A DNA stretch of 64,000 bases from Felis catus (Eukaryota), in assembly GCF_018350175.1 (NCBI RefSeq), contig NC_058368.1, forward strand, positions 231,262,001-231,326,000, in the 5' to 3' direction. Positions 16,001 through 28,739 of this stretch are shown here, in pieces (the stretch's first letter is position 1; each line of letters starts with the position of its first letter). The notes beneath the pieces are model-generated. The model was not told where the DNA came from. It saw nothing but the letters and a program-made list of their open reading frames with translations, and did not search any database. Both the position numbers and the translations under genes were made by a program.

Positions 16001-16283
16001 TAATTGGAATGCCCACAGGATAATTTTACAGAGGCATGGCAGATGGTGCTTTGATTTTTTAAAAAACAGTCAAATGCATGACTGTTGCTATATAGCATGT
16101 AAATTCCTCCGTGCGATGCTGATAAGTGTAACAAAAGGTATTTAAAACCTTTGCTTTCCATCGAACACCGTCACCTACCTAAACTTTACCTTTTATCTTA
16201 CCTCCAGCACCAGCAGCAGACTTTTGTTGTTCTTGTTTCTGAGTTGGTTTTCCACTGTGTAACCAGATTTAAAAGTCACTTTA

Positions 16284-16481
16284 GAAGTGCCTGGGTGGCT
16301 CAGTCAGTGGAGTGTCCCACTCTTGATTTTGGCTCAGGTCACGTGTTCCTCAGGGTTGTGTTCCTCGCTAACCTTGCCTGTTTGAGTTGCTCTCTCGCTC
16401 TCTCTCGTGCTCTCTCTCCCCCCCTCCCCGCTTCTGCTTGTGGGTATGTGTGCTCTGTCTCTAAAGTAAAAAACAAAACAA
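16284..16481 (+). mobile_element. CAN-SINE with an altered middle section
   Basis: SINE head and CT/A tail; TSD-like TCACTTTAG on both sides; B-box region replaced. Confidence 0.75.
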
Positions 16482-16654
16482 AGCTCACTTTAGGGGACCT
16501 CAGGTGTCCGGAACAAAGCTCTACTGTGCGTGAGATGTTGGTGATTGGTCGGTTGCCCTGGAGCAGTGACTCACTGCAGTGGGCCAGCTTTTCGTGTGTC
16601 CTGTGTTCACACCTGTACCTCACAAAGCTGTAACAGATCACCACATTTCATGAG

Positions 16655-17274
16655 TGTGGTAGGCAGACCCCCCCAAATACGTCCATGTCCTAATCCCTGG
16701 AACCGGTGAATATGTTACATGAGAGAATCTGCAGATGGGTTGAAGTTAGGACTTTGAGATGGGGAGATTCTGCTGGCTTGTCTGAATGCGCCCACTGTCA
16801 TCACAGGGTCCCTATAAAGAAAAGGGAGGGGTGCCTGGGTGGCTCATTCGGTCGAGCGGTGGTGGACTAGTGGTTGTGAGTTCGAGCCCTGTCTTGGGCT
16901 CTGTGCTGACGGTGTGGAGCCTGCTTGGGATTCTTTCTCCCTTTCTCCCTGCCCCTCTCCTACCCAAGCTTGCTCTCTCAAAATAAATAAACAGATTTAA
17001 AAATAAAGGGGGGAGGCAGGAGAGTCGGAAGGAGGTATCCCGATGGAAGCAGAGGTTGGGGTGACATGGGGCCACTGGCCCAGGAATGCAGGTGGCCTCT
17101 AGGAGCTGGAAAAGGCAAGCAAACCTATCCCACCATAGAGCCTCCGGAAGGAACCCAGTGCTTCCAACCCATTTCAGATAGCTGACCTCCAGACCCGTTT
17201 GATAATGAGCATGTGTTGTTTTAACCCTCTGAGTTTGTGGTGGTTTCCTACTGCAGCCTTGGGAATGGAATCCA
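16655..17274 (+). mobile_element. MLT1 (ERVL-MaLR) solo LTR interrupted by a CAN-SINE at 16828-16992
   Basis: TGTGGTAGGCAG start, GTCCTAATCCCTGGAACC, GGAGCTGGAAAAGGCAAG, TGTTGTTTTAA...GTTTGTGG end. Confidence 0.75.
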
Positions 17275-17732
17275 GTGGGCGCTTCGAATGGCTTACTGAT
17301 TCCTGCAGCCATGAATAAGAACGTCTTCGAATGACCAGAATCCGGTGTCCTCCCTCTTACTGTCTTCTGTTTCTTATGATTCCTGTGTTTCTGGCCTTGT
17401 CTTCTCTACTACACCGAGCTGCTTCAGGGCAGCCTCGCTCCCTGTAGGGTTCAGCATCTAGCCAACTGTGGATAAATAATAACGGCAGCGGGCCCTGTTG
17501 TGCTGGGCAATGTTCTAAGTGGGTCCCCTAGTTTCATCCGCGCGGTGACTCTAATCCCCGTGAGTCAGACGAGCAAACTGAGGTTCAGAGAGGCGAAGGA
17601 TCGTACCGTTGGCAAGGTGCGGAGCCCAGGTCCTAACCTTGGGGTTGTGCTCTTGATGTGTCCTTCCCCCTCGATCAATTTCAAAATGAAATCAATTTCA
17701 GTCTCCAGAACTTGAGATCCTCCTGAGGATGT

Positions 17733-17931
17733 ATTTTATTTTCTTAAAGTTTATTTACTTTGAGAGAGTGTGCACACGTGGGAGGAGGGGTGGAGAGAGA
17801 GAGGGAGAGAGAGAATCCCGAGCAGACACCATGCTCAGTGCAGAACCCGACACACTCATGAACCGTGAGATCACAACCTGAGCCAAAAGCAAGAGTTGGA
17901 CGCTCAACTGACTGAGTCACCCAGGCACCCC
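17733..17931 (-). mobile_element. CAN-SINE
   Basis: Reverse-strand head at 17931, TTTATTT tail. Confidence 0.85.
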
Positions 17932-18615
17932 AAGAATGTATTTTGAAGGGTAAAACTCAAGAGGAGGATAGATCACTCATTTCTCTGTTTTCAGTGATTG
18001 GAGTTTGCTTTATTTCATATTGGTGCATTGAAATGATTATTTTATCTTTTGTTCTTTTTGGGTCTTTTTAAAAAATCTTTTCGTTATCATACTTATTTGT
18101 TTTTAGTGGAAACTGACTTTGGTCTCTTTTTACTTGAAAATCGTATTACTGCAACTGGATTATAGATGCCTAACCCGTTTTGATGTGGAATCTTTGCATC
18201 TTATTTAAAATAAGGCAGTAATTAGACATTTTAATGCTTATTTGTGAGGCTCTGTTCTAAACCGTAAAAATACAGAGTTCATGGTTAACATCTGTATTAA
18301 TGGTTATATTGAATTCATAAAATGCTAAGTAGAGATGAACACATTGTTTTCTAAGGATGACTCAAAAAAATCATTATGTTGGGAGCAAAGGATTTTAGTT
18401 TTCTATTAGATTTAAAGAATTTTCTGTAAAACACATTACTTTAGTTGATAGAATTTGGAACTCAGTGTGGAATCCTTCATTTGTAAGTTAGATTGTATTC
18501 AGCTAAGTTATTCTTTACACAGTACGAGTTTGTCAATAAGAACCACAGGGAAAAAAAATACCTTGGATTTCAGATTTGGTGTGACGTATATATTTCCTGC
18601 TTGCTTTCCACCTAG

Positions 18616-18902
18616 GTACACCCCCAGAAATACTTGAAGAAAGTCAGTCAGGATGTAGTCTACCTACAGGTCTTGGAGCCAACGGTTTGAAGAAAAGCAG
18701 TTGGGGGTTCTTCCTTACTGGGATTGTTGGTGGGACCCTGGTGGCCGTGTATGCCGTGGCCACCCCGTTTCTAACACCGGCCCTCCGAAAAATTTGTTTG
18801 CCATTCGTTCCTGCAACTACAAAGCAGATTGCCAACGTTGTGAAAATGTTGCATTGCAGAAGAGGATCCCTGGTCGACATTGGCAGTGGCGACGGACGTG
18901 TT
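18616..18902 (+). CDS. ATPSCKMT: ATPSCKMT exon 2 (TPPEILEES...[39 protein letters not shown]...[11 protein letters not shown])
   Basis: 287 nt, TAG acceptor and GTGAGT donor; hydrophobic TM segment, PFVPAT motif and seven-beta-strand methyltransferase motif I (DIGSGDG). Confidence 0.96.
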
Positions 18903-19664
18903 GTGAGTTCCACTAAGACATTTTAAGGTTTCAAACCCAAAGTTTTAAAATTTCTGCTTCACGTTTCTTGTGAGGCTTATGCAAAGCCCCGTTAAATCTG
19001 ACGGTAATTAAGTCGTCATGTATTTTGTGTGTGTTAATGATCAAACCTTCCAGCATGATTTGGAATTTATTTTTCTGATTTAATTTTTCTGAAAGGAAAA
19101 AGTGCTCTGTAGATCTGCCAGGTAAAAAGGAGCAATTAATTGGTAATTATGAAATTGTCCAATAAAAAAACTTGGGTCAGTAGAGGTGGCATAATTAGAG
19201 GAAACATTGAGTCATAGAGTTTAACAGAGATGTTTGCTTCTGTATTTATTAATATTCTTACATGCATAATAATCTTAAGGGGTAATGTAGAGTTAAAATA
19301 AGAAAGAGCCAGTGCCATTAACCCTCATTTATCCAAAGATCAGACTTTGAGTGAGCTCAGCATACTGACTCCAGTTGAGAACCTATAAATAAAGATTCAG
19401 GGTCACTGACTGCCCGATGGGTGTCCGAGAGCACATTTCTTCATGGGCCTGGTGGCATCATCCTTAGGCCTCCATCCAACCATGAGCCAGAAAGTGAGGA
19501 TAGCAGTAGTCAAGGCCTGCGTTCTGGAAACATTTATGTGGGGACCAAAAGGGGCACAACACCTTTCACCACCCCTGCAGCATGGACCTTGTGATTTCGT
19601 CATAGTGACTCGAATAGCCAGGAAGAGGTTAGGAAGTGACTTAAGAAATCAAGAGATGTGTATA

Positions 19665-20080
19665 TTTATTTTATTTTAGAGAGCATGAGTGGGGGAGAGG
19701 GGCAAAAGGAGAGAGAGAGAATCTTTAAATTTTGTTCTTAATGTTTTGTTTATTTTTGAGAGAAGAGAGAGGGATGGAGTGTGAGCAGGGGAGGGGCAGA
19801 GAGAGAGGGAGACACAGAATCGGAAGCAGACGCCAGGCTCTGGGCTCTCAACAGAGAATCCCACGTTGGGCTCGAACTCACGACCCCTGAGATCACGACC
19901 TGAGCCAAAGTCAGATGCTTAACCGACTGAGCCACCCAGGCGCCCTGGGAGAGAGAGAATCTTAAGCAGGTTCCACACTCAGCACCAAGCCTGATGGGCT
20001 CGATCCCATGACTGCGGGATCACGACCTGAGCTGAAATCAAGAGTAGGATGCTGAACTGACTGAGCCACCCAGGAGCCCC
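19665..20080 (-). mobile_element. Nested CAN-SINEs (inner copy 19725-19945)
   Basis: The outer SINE is split at GAGAGAGAGAATCTT, which is duplicated on both sides of the inner copy. Confidence 0.85.
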
Positions 20081-20172
20081 GCAAGATGTATATATTAACC
20101 AGGAGGAAGTTTTAAAATCCAGATTTGAATGTTTTACACATCTGAATAGTATCTTTGTGGTTTCCTTTTCTT

Positions 20173-20401
20173 TTTTTTTTTCTTTTCTTTTTTTTTTTTT
20201 TCGTTTATTTATTTTTGGGACAGAGAGAGACAGAGCATGAACGGGGGAGGGGCAGAGAGAGAGGGAGACACAGAATCAGAAACAGGCTCCAGGCTCTGAG
20301 CTGTCAGTACAGAGCCCGACGCGGGGCTCGAACTCACGGACCGCGAGATCGTGACCTGGCTGAAGTCGGGCGCTTAACCGACTGCGCCACCCAGGCGCCC
20401 C
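20173..20401 (-). mobile_element. Young feline CAN-SINE with 17-nt TSD
   Basis: TGTGGTTTCCTTTTCTT at 20156 and 20402. Confidence 0.93.
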
Positions 20402-21064
20402 TGTGGTTTCCTTTTCTTAAGGGGGTGACATTGTAGTTAACTAGGGAAATTACTGTAGGCGGACGGCTCCTTCAGGCAGGCTGCCTTGAAGAGTGGGCAA
20501 GACAAATGAGCAGAGGCCCCAGGCCCAGCCCACTGTCCTCACCTTACAGAGGCCGGTGGCATTCTATGGTTGACTTTGTTCTGGATCGTTCCGCTTCTCT
20601 TTTACCTGTTTTCAGTTTTGAGTGAGCAGTCTTTAAAGCCGAAGGAACTGTGTAAGTAATGGCAGGTTCTTCACGGACAGGATTTTGATTGCATATTACA
20701 ACTAGTTCACAGAACATTCTCCCAGGCAGGTCCATCTTGCCCGCTGCTGTGCTGTCACTGATGGAGAGAGACACTGGGTTTTCAGCAACCGGTCAGGCCT
20801 CCCCAGGGGTCGGCCGATCCAGAAGTGCTTTATCCAAAGCAAACCTGACTGTTGCAATGCTCGTGGTGAAATCTTTGACAAGAACATAAAAACTGAGTTT
20901 AAATCAGTTAGTGTTGTCTTGTCTACAAAGCTGTAGAACTTTAGAGTTCTGTCTTTAAATGATATTTTGAACAAAAGAGGTGCCTTTTTTATCGGACGTT
21001 TTGATTATAGACCATAAATGGGAGGTATTCATATCATTTGACCACGTAAGTTGATGTTTTTCTT

Positions 21065-22083
21065 TTTTTTCAATTAAATTTTTAAAATTTATTTTTAAAA
21101 TTCCAGTACAGTTAACATAGTGTTTTATTACTTTCAGGTGTACAATATATCAATTCAGCATTTCTGTATGTTACTCAGTGCTCATCATGATCAGTGTGCT
21201 CTTAATCCTCCTTACCTGTCACCCAGCCCCCCACCCACCTCCCCTCCGGTAACCATCAGTTTGTTGTCTAGAGTTAGGAGTGTGTTTTTTTGTTTGTCTC
21301 TTTTTTTTTCATTTGTTTTGTTTCTTAAATTCTACATATGAGTCAAATCATGAGTATTTGTCTTTCTCTCACTTACTTATTTTATTTATTAGCGTCATAC
21401 TCTTCCAGATCCATCCATGTCATTGCAAATGGCAAGGTTTCATTCTTTTTTTATGACTAGTATTTCATGATGTACATATATATATACATATATATACATA
21501 AACATATCTCTTCTTTATTCATTCATCTAGTGATGGACACAGGGCTGCTTCCATAATTTGGCTGTTGTAAATAACGTTGCAATAAACCTAGGGGTGCATA
21601 TATCCCTTTGAATTAGTGTTTTCATCTTTGGGTAGATACCCAGTAGTGGAATTACTGGATCATATATATGGTCAATCTATTTTTAATTTTTTGAGGAATC
21701 TCCCATACTGTTTTCCACGGTGGCTGCGCCAGTTTGCAGTCTCACCAACAGTGCACGAGGGTTCCTTTTTCTCCACATCCTCGCCGACGTCAGTGTTTCT
21801 TATGTTTCGGGATTTTAGCCATTCTGACAGGTGTGAGCTGATATCTCACTGTAGGTTTGATTGCACTTCCCTGATGATGAGTGATGTTGAGCATCGTTTC
21901 ATGTGTCTCTTTGGCCATCTGTATGTCTTCTTGGGAGAAATGTCTGTTCATATCTTCAGCCCATTTTTAATTGGAATGTTTCAGGTGTTTTGGTGTTGAG
22001 TATAGAAGTTCTTTATGTATTTTGGATACTAACCCCTTATCAAATCTATCATTTGTAGATACCTTCTCCCATTCCATAGGTTG
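21065..22083 (-). mobile_element. Carnivore L1 3' fragment (5'-truncated) in ATPSCKMT intron 2
   Basis: L1 3' UTR and ORF2 C-terminal sequence in antisense (GATGAGTGATGTTGAGCATC...TTCTCCCATTCCATAGGTTG). Confidence 0.85.
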
Positions 22084-22125
22084 ATGTTTTTCTTATCTTG
22101 AATAAACACTGACTTCTTTCTGCAG

Positions 22126-22263
22126 GTGATAGCAGCTGCAAAGGAGGGATTCACTGCTGTTGGTTATGAATTAAACCCATGGCTCGTTTGGTACTCCAGA
22201 TACCGTGCTTGGCGAGAAGGGGTGCAGGACTCTGCCAAATTTTATATTTCAGATTTGTGGAAG
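22126..22263 (+). CDS. ATPSCKMT: ATPSCKMT exon 3 ([46 protein letters not shown])
   Basis: 138 nt, CAG acceptor with a CACTGAC branch-point-like motif, GTATGT donor; post-I motif GYELN. Confidence 0.96.
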
Positions 22264-22346
22264 GTATGTAAGGCAGAGAATGGTCCTAGGAAATGCCAAC
22301 CAAAACTTTATAATTCATAATTAGTATGACTAAAAAACATAAAATG

Positions 22347-22540
22347 GGGACACCTGGGTGGCTCAGTTAAGTGTCTGACTTCGGCTCAGATCATGATCTC
22401 ACGGCTCGTGAGTTCGAGCCCCATGTCAGACTGCTCAGACAGCTCAGAGCCTAGAGCCTGCTTCGGATTCTGTGTCTCCCTCTCTCGGTCCCTCCCCTGC
22501 TTGTGTTCTTTCTCTACTTCAAAAATAAACATTAAAAAAA
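22347..22540 (+). mobile_element. CAN-SINE in ATPSCKMT intron 3
   Basis: GGGGACACCTGGGTGGCTCAG head, AAAATAAAC tail. Confidence 0.88.
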
Positions 22541-23644
22541 TGTAAAATGTATTAAAGGAAAAATAGTTAAAATACAAGTGTATGTTTCTGTATAATGAAA
22601 CGTGAACACCTTTTAAATTGACAGGTTTACCTATCGACTCTTTTAGAGTAGAAGCTTAAGGTTTTAAACCTGATAGGTCATGTGAATTCCAAGAATTTGC
22701 TCAATTAAAAAATTTCTCATTTCTATTTATTACAAAATGATGAAATTTTTTTTTTTACTTCATGTGGAAATCTTATAAACTGTAGACATTAATTTGTTAA
22801 TGTTCTTGGTAAACGGTGGACTTTTCTGTGTGCGTGCTTGTGTGTGTGCAGGTGTGTTTTGCAAGAGGCAGAGATGAGTGCAAAAGAAAGAATCCACTAT
22901 GTTCTCATGGTTCTTTCTGGTCTTCATAATGTATAAGAAACTTCCAAGTTTATTTGTACTCTAAAAAAACATACCCTGTAATTTTGCTTTAGGAAAGCTC
23001 CATAAAATGCTTTTTCTTAAATAAGAATTTCCCATTGTAATATTGTCATCAGTAGCTTATAAAAATTCATTGAGTTTTGCTTGTGTTGTTTTTTATACCA
23101 TATATACATAAACGATCTCTCTATGGAGTAAATAAGACTTTTATTGGGCAATAAGAATTTTGACTGGCAAAGCACTTTTCCCCCCAGTTTTTCGACTAAA
23201 GACCATTTTATTTCAGTTTTTGGGTAGTATTTTCGAGAGGAGGCGGGGGACTAGAATTTTAAGGATGGCTCAGCACGAAAGGCAGGTGGTTCCCTGATCT
23301 CGCGAGTTCTCGCTGAGCTGGTTTGGTGTATGGTGGGGTAGCGTAGAGAGTGTGGACTGGGACATAGATGGCCACCGGCTGGTCACTGGATGAGTCACTG
23401 GCAAGTCTGACAGGTGACCCCTGGGGGGCCCTGTGTGGAGTGTCCCTGAAGACGGCAGGAGTGACTTACAGGGAGGTGTTTGGAAAACCGTAATGGGCTG
23501 AATTAAGAGACAGAAGCTCGAACTTGGGTTCTTCTCGTGAAATCTTAAAGGAAGCCACATCCCTTGTGAAAACCTGTTTGATGAAACGGATCCTTGTGTT
23601 TGGCCTTTTAAATTAACCTGTGCCTTGTTCCCCCTCTTCTTTAG

Positions 23645-23695
23645 GTTACTTTTTCGCAGTACACAAACGTGGTTGTTTTCGGTGTGCCTCAGATG
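23645..23695 (+). CDS. ATPSCKMT: ATPSCKMT exon 4 (VTFSQYTNVVVFGVPQM)
   Basis: 51 nt, TAG acceptor and GTGAGT donor, phase 0-0. Confidence 0.94.
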
Positions 23696-24673
23696 GTGAG
23701 TACACGTCCTCCTGTCCCTGGTTGGTTGGCTCTAGGTCCCGTGTGGCCCCTCCAGGTCCACCACACCGTGTCCTTGGCTGCCTGCCCCCGCACCCTCGGC
23801 GGCCTCGCAGGGATTCTGGGGGCACGTTGGATTTCAGTTCACTGGCTTGACAAAGTACTTCAGGGCCTTAAAACTTTAATCATAAAAGATTCAGTCATGT
23901 TAAAACTTTTGCTTCAGATAAAATTCTCAATGATCTCCCTAAGCCCTAAAAATTCCAATCTGGAAACTGCTTTATGAGCTCCCGGTGTCTAATGTAGTTG
24001 GAGATTTTCGCGGTTGCTCACTCACCATCCAGCTGAAGTCACTTGGGAGAGTTAATGGCATGTTCCCTTCGAATTGATCGTTCCTCCGATTTTGCAATGA
24101 GGCCGTTTTCGGGGCGGGTGAGCGCTGGCTAGTTTCAGTTGACCTCGGCTGACTGATTTGTATCGAACTTTGATTACGTACTTTCAGAAGTGAAAATACC
24201 GTGGCATCTGTGCTGAAAATGGTTCTAAATTTAGCCTTTGGAAAGATGACCAGGATGGGATGCTTTTATTGTAATTGTTGGTTTACAGACCATAGAAAGA
24301 AATCCCTTTTCATCTTTCAAGGTCTATAATTGTAGCCATAATAATCTTGGCAAAATTGGATGGTTGCTAAAATGCCACTACGCAACTGATATGTATGGTT
24401 TTTAATTTAAAAAAAAAAAGGATATTTACTTTTTGGTTGTTTTGTTTTCTTATTCACACTTTAATTTTGGTCGAAGGTGGTTTAGTGCTTGAGAAATTTA
24501 TTCTTACTATCAGGATGTTGGGTACAACGCCATATTTATTTTTAAGTTGATTTAGAAGTGCTTTTGTTACATATTTTTGAAAGGAACAGGACTCTATATG
24601 TTTGGAAATCTCAGTAAGCCTAAATTTAAGATGAAACTGGGGTGTTTACACTTTCGTTATAGAAATCAAAAGA

Positions 24674-24961
24674 GGGGGGCGCCTGGGTGGCTCAGTTGGT
24701 TGAACGTCCAACTCTTGGTTTCGGCTCAGGTCAGGATCCCGGGGTCATGGGTTTGAGCCCTGTATTGGGCTCTGTGCTGCCAGTGTGGAGCCTGCTTGGG
24801 ATTCTCTCTCTCTCTGTCTCTGTCTCTGTCTCTTTCTCTCTCTCTCTCTGTCTGTCTCTGTCTTCCTCTCTCTGTCTTCCTCTCTGCCCCTCTCATGCTC
24901 TTTCTCTCTCTCCCTCCCTCTCTCTCTCTCTCTGTCTCCCAAAATAAATAAACTTAAAAAA
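24674..24961 (+). mobile_element. CAN-SINE with an expanded (CT/CTGT)n microsatellite (~24800-24940)
   Basis: SINE head plus a ~140-nt pyrimidine-rich repeat. Confidence 0.88.
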
Positions 24962-26749
24962 GGAAATTAAAAGGGGCATGAGTTTAAGTCATTTAAGAAA
25001 CTGGGACCATAGCATTGCTATGGAACTTGATGGTTATTTACTACTTATGAAGTTTGGGCATTCCTTTGGATTAATTAGCATCTTGGAGCAAATAGATTTC
25101 ATTTGAACTCCATGCTTTATGAAAATAGAAAATTAATATTTATTGAGATTTCCATGCCATTCTGAGAGGCCGGCCGATCCTGGCCTGAGTTGTGGGCTCG
25201 TGAGGCCCCAGTGGGGGGCAGCAGTGGCCTTTGGTGGGCACGTCACCCCGTAACCTGTGGGCTCCAACTCCTTGTGCGTCTTACCATGTTTGAGTATGGT
25301 CGGTTTTTGGAGCTGTTCACCTAGCAGAAATAAGAGTCCTCTATTTGTTTTTTTTTTTTTTTTTGATGAATGTTTTTGCAATTGTTGTCCATTTTTCTGT
25401 ACGCAGAGAAACCTCAAGTAAGGAACTTGTGACATTTCAGCGTTCCCAAGAAAAAGTGGGGCAGCTGAAGTACACAAAGCATCCATGTTCCCTGGAATGA
25501 GCGAGAGGGGTTCAGCCAGCGTGCAGTTTTCCATGCAGGTGTATTGTTCACGGGACCCACAGGGGATCGTTCATGTGTGCAAGGCCCCGCTCGTAACCCT
25601 CATGGAGCTTCACCTACGTGGAGCAGGGAAGGGGAGGGACGGTGCTGGCTGGGGATTCAGGCGGCCAGCTCTGCTCTCCGGGGTCGTGGGAGCCCCGATC
25701 GGATCGTCTTTAGTGAAACGCACTTCCCTCGTCTGAGCGCTGGTCGGCAGTCCAGTCATGGCATCGTGGCTCAGCAAAGCCAGCGGAGCATGAATGTTCC
25801 TGTGGCGGCTGAGGCCCACACAGGCCCGGAGAGAGCTAGGGGAGTACGTAGGGAACGTGAGAGGTGGAAACCTGGTGTTCTAGAACTCGTCCACCCCGCT
25901 TCTCATACCGCACTGACTGTTGAGCTTTTGTGGCTCAAAACTCATTTCAACAGGTGTGTCTGTAACCCCCCCCAGGAGTGAGGAATCTCGTCCAGATCTG
26001 GTAAATCCAGTGCTAGCATGGTAAATACCCACGTGTAACTTGAGCTTATGTTCTTTTCAAAATGTGAGAAGATCAGTCCTGCCCTTGTTTAAAACGCGCC
26101 CAGGACGTCTTGCTGCTTTAAAGCAGTGAAGATAAGGCCTGAATGCTCCACGTGGCCTGAGGCCTGGCGTGGAGCGGCCCCTGCTTCCTTCAGCTCTGTG
26201 CTTGCCAGCCCCCTGCCCTTCTCCCGGCCCCTGGACTCCACTGTGTGAGCCGTGTTCTTCCCTCTGACCTAAGTCCCCCCAGCTCTCGGCCTAGTTGGCG
26301 AGCTGCTGACCACTCACAGGTCGGGTGTCCTTTCCTCCAGGAAGTCATCCCTGATTGCCCAACGAGACAGACCCCAGTGCCCCTGTTTTCCATCTGCACA
26401 GTGCCTGTTCCCTCTCCGTAGTGAGATTGTATTTACTCACACGATGGCTTCGGCAGGTTTGCCGTGTGGACCGCACGGTGAGCTCAAGAGTGAGGGCCGG
26501 CCTGTCTTTGCTCCCAGACCCCCAGTGCAGCGGCACCAGTGCAAAGTAATGACTCAAATACTCATTAAATGAATGAACGAGTATGGTAGAAACATATCCG
26601 TTAATGACACTTCCTAGTGGGCTGTTAAATTTCATAACTTTCAAAGACTGACTAATTTAATTTTAGTTACAGATCCTGTTGTGAATTGATGAACGAAAAC
26701 GTTATCGTGTTCTGATAAAGATAAATGATTCACAACGGAATCCTTTATC

Positions 26750-27830
26750 CTTCGTCCATCCATTCAACAATTATTTATTCGGTGCCCCTAAGTGCCAGGT
26801 TCTGTTCTAATCACTTGGGTACTTTAGTGCGTGAGAAAGAGAAACATCCTTGCCCCGAGGTGCCTGTACACTAGTGAGGAGAGCAGCTCTTACCTGGGGG
26901 TACCTATGTGAGATGTGTCGTTCGGTAGCAGGAGGTAAGTGCCGTGGGGCAGACTAAAGCAGGAGAGGGAGGGGAGGAGACAGTGCCCCTGAAGAGGACG
27001 TGCGGAGGTAAGGGGGAACGTGCCAGGCAGAGCCATTGTGGAGGCGCCCAGGGGTGTGTGCCTGTGGGGTTCCAGCAGCAGCAGGTGGGGGGGGGGGTGG
27101 CAGGAGCAGGGAGAGGTGACGTCAGAGGGGAAATGGGGGCCGTGCTGTCGGAATGCAGACGCCGTGGTGGGTTTGGGCAGAGGAGCAGAGGACCTGCCTG
27201 GGTTGCAGAGGATCTCAGGCTGCTGTGTGGACGCCGAGTGCGGGTGGAAGCCAGGAGACGGGTTCTGAGCTCTTGCAGGCATCCAGACGGTAGGTGTGCT
27301 AGGCTCTTGTCCGGGCAGAAGCGGTCAGGTTCCAGAGGCATCGTGGAGATGCCAGCAGGATGAGCCGGCACATCCGGTGTGAGGCGTGCGAGAAAGAGGG
27401 ACCAAGGGCACCTTGAGGGCTTTGGCCGGACTAACTGGAAGTTTGCAGTTGTGACTGAGCTGGGAAAGGTGCAGGCTGTGTGGACCGAGGAGGAGGGCCG
27501 GGGGTTCCTCGGGCAGGTGAAGCCCGAAATGTGTGTGGAGGTGTGAGGTCGGCAGTGGTGGGCGGAGGGGGTCTGAGACTCAGGAAGGGGAGGGGGCTGG
27601 AGACTGTGCATCAGTCCCCGAGGGAGCTGAAGCCCGGGAGTGGCCGAGGTCACCCGGGAGGAGGCAGAGCGGGTCGGGTCTGGAGTTCTGGCCTCTGACA
27701 AATGAGGGCACCCAGCCAAGGACCCTAGAGGAGGCGTTGGGTAGGAGGAAAGCCCCGGGGGGGTGGCGGTTACCCTAGGAGCCCGGTGAAGCCAGTGTTT
27801 TGGGGAGGAGGGAGACGTCAAGGGGCTCAA
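26750..27830 (-). mobile_element. Ancient L2 fragment (a second L2 3' end lies on + at ~26300-26580)
   Basis: CATCCATTCAACAATTATTTATT...AAGTGCCAGG is the antisense L2 3' terminus; the body is purine-rich. Confidence 0.6.
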
Positions 27831-28739
27831 GAGCTGCTCATGGGTATGGCTAAGTTGTCCTATGTCTTAGAGCTGGTTTCACCTTAGGCTTAAAGTTTTG
27901 AAGATGTAATTAGAATATGACGAGTTCGTGTCACTTTGAGACCTATAATTGTATGAATAATTTTGAATTCCATTAGACAGACATGACACATCACTGCCTC
28001 TCTTTGTGCGTGATATCAAGACCCGGGCTCATTGCATATTTATGTGTAATTTAGCCAGTTAATTTCTTGTGATTGAAATAGCTCCTTTCATTTGTGGGTT
28101 TATCTTGACTTAGCATATGACAGTCATTGGGAAATAAAGGAAACCGTAAAAGAGAAAAGAATCATGGTAACATGAATAAGTTTACAATTATTCTTTTTAT
28201 GAATAAAATTACCATAAGAAATCTCTGATACTTTGGAAACATACATATTGTCTCATTCTTCGCCTATTTAATGTTTCCCTCAAGGAACAAAACTTTCTTT
28301 TCTTTCTTTCTTTCTTTTTTTTTTTTTTTTTTTTAAAGAAATCTTTCACTGGCTGTTAAAAGAGTAGAAATATCCCATCCTTAATGGAATTTACTTTTGG
28401 TTATATTGGTATTAATTGTAATGAAGAATTAGAATTTTGGCTCTCTGTAGCCTTAGGCCATGTAGAGGACTTTCCCCAAGCCGCTTTTTAAAGATATAGA
28501 TCAGGAGTAAAGTTTTTATAGAAGCACTGTCGATTTGTTTGTAGTTTTAAAGGGATTCGTTTTGCTCAGGTCTTGGTTTTGAGATAGCATTTCCCATTTA
28601 GAGGAACCAGGAATGTTTGAGAGGTAGTTGATCTGAGGGCTGAGTTGGGGACCAATAACAAAAGCCTGGGGTGTTTTGTTGATCCCAAGTCTAAGGAAGT
28701 GTTCAGAATATTTGTTGTGGGCACATCCAAAGGAGAGAG

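Noticed and set aside
26904..27830. 308-aa minus-strand ORF, the longest in the track
   Set aside because: Pro/Ser/Thr-rich low-complexity translation of a GC-rich decayed L2 inside ATPSCKMT intron 4; non-ATG start, no domain and no splice support
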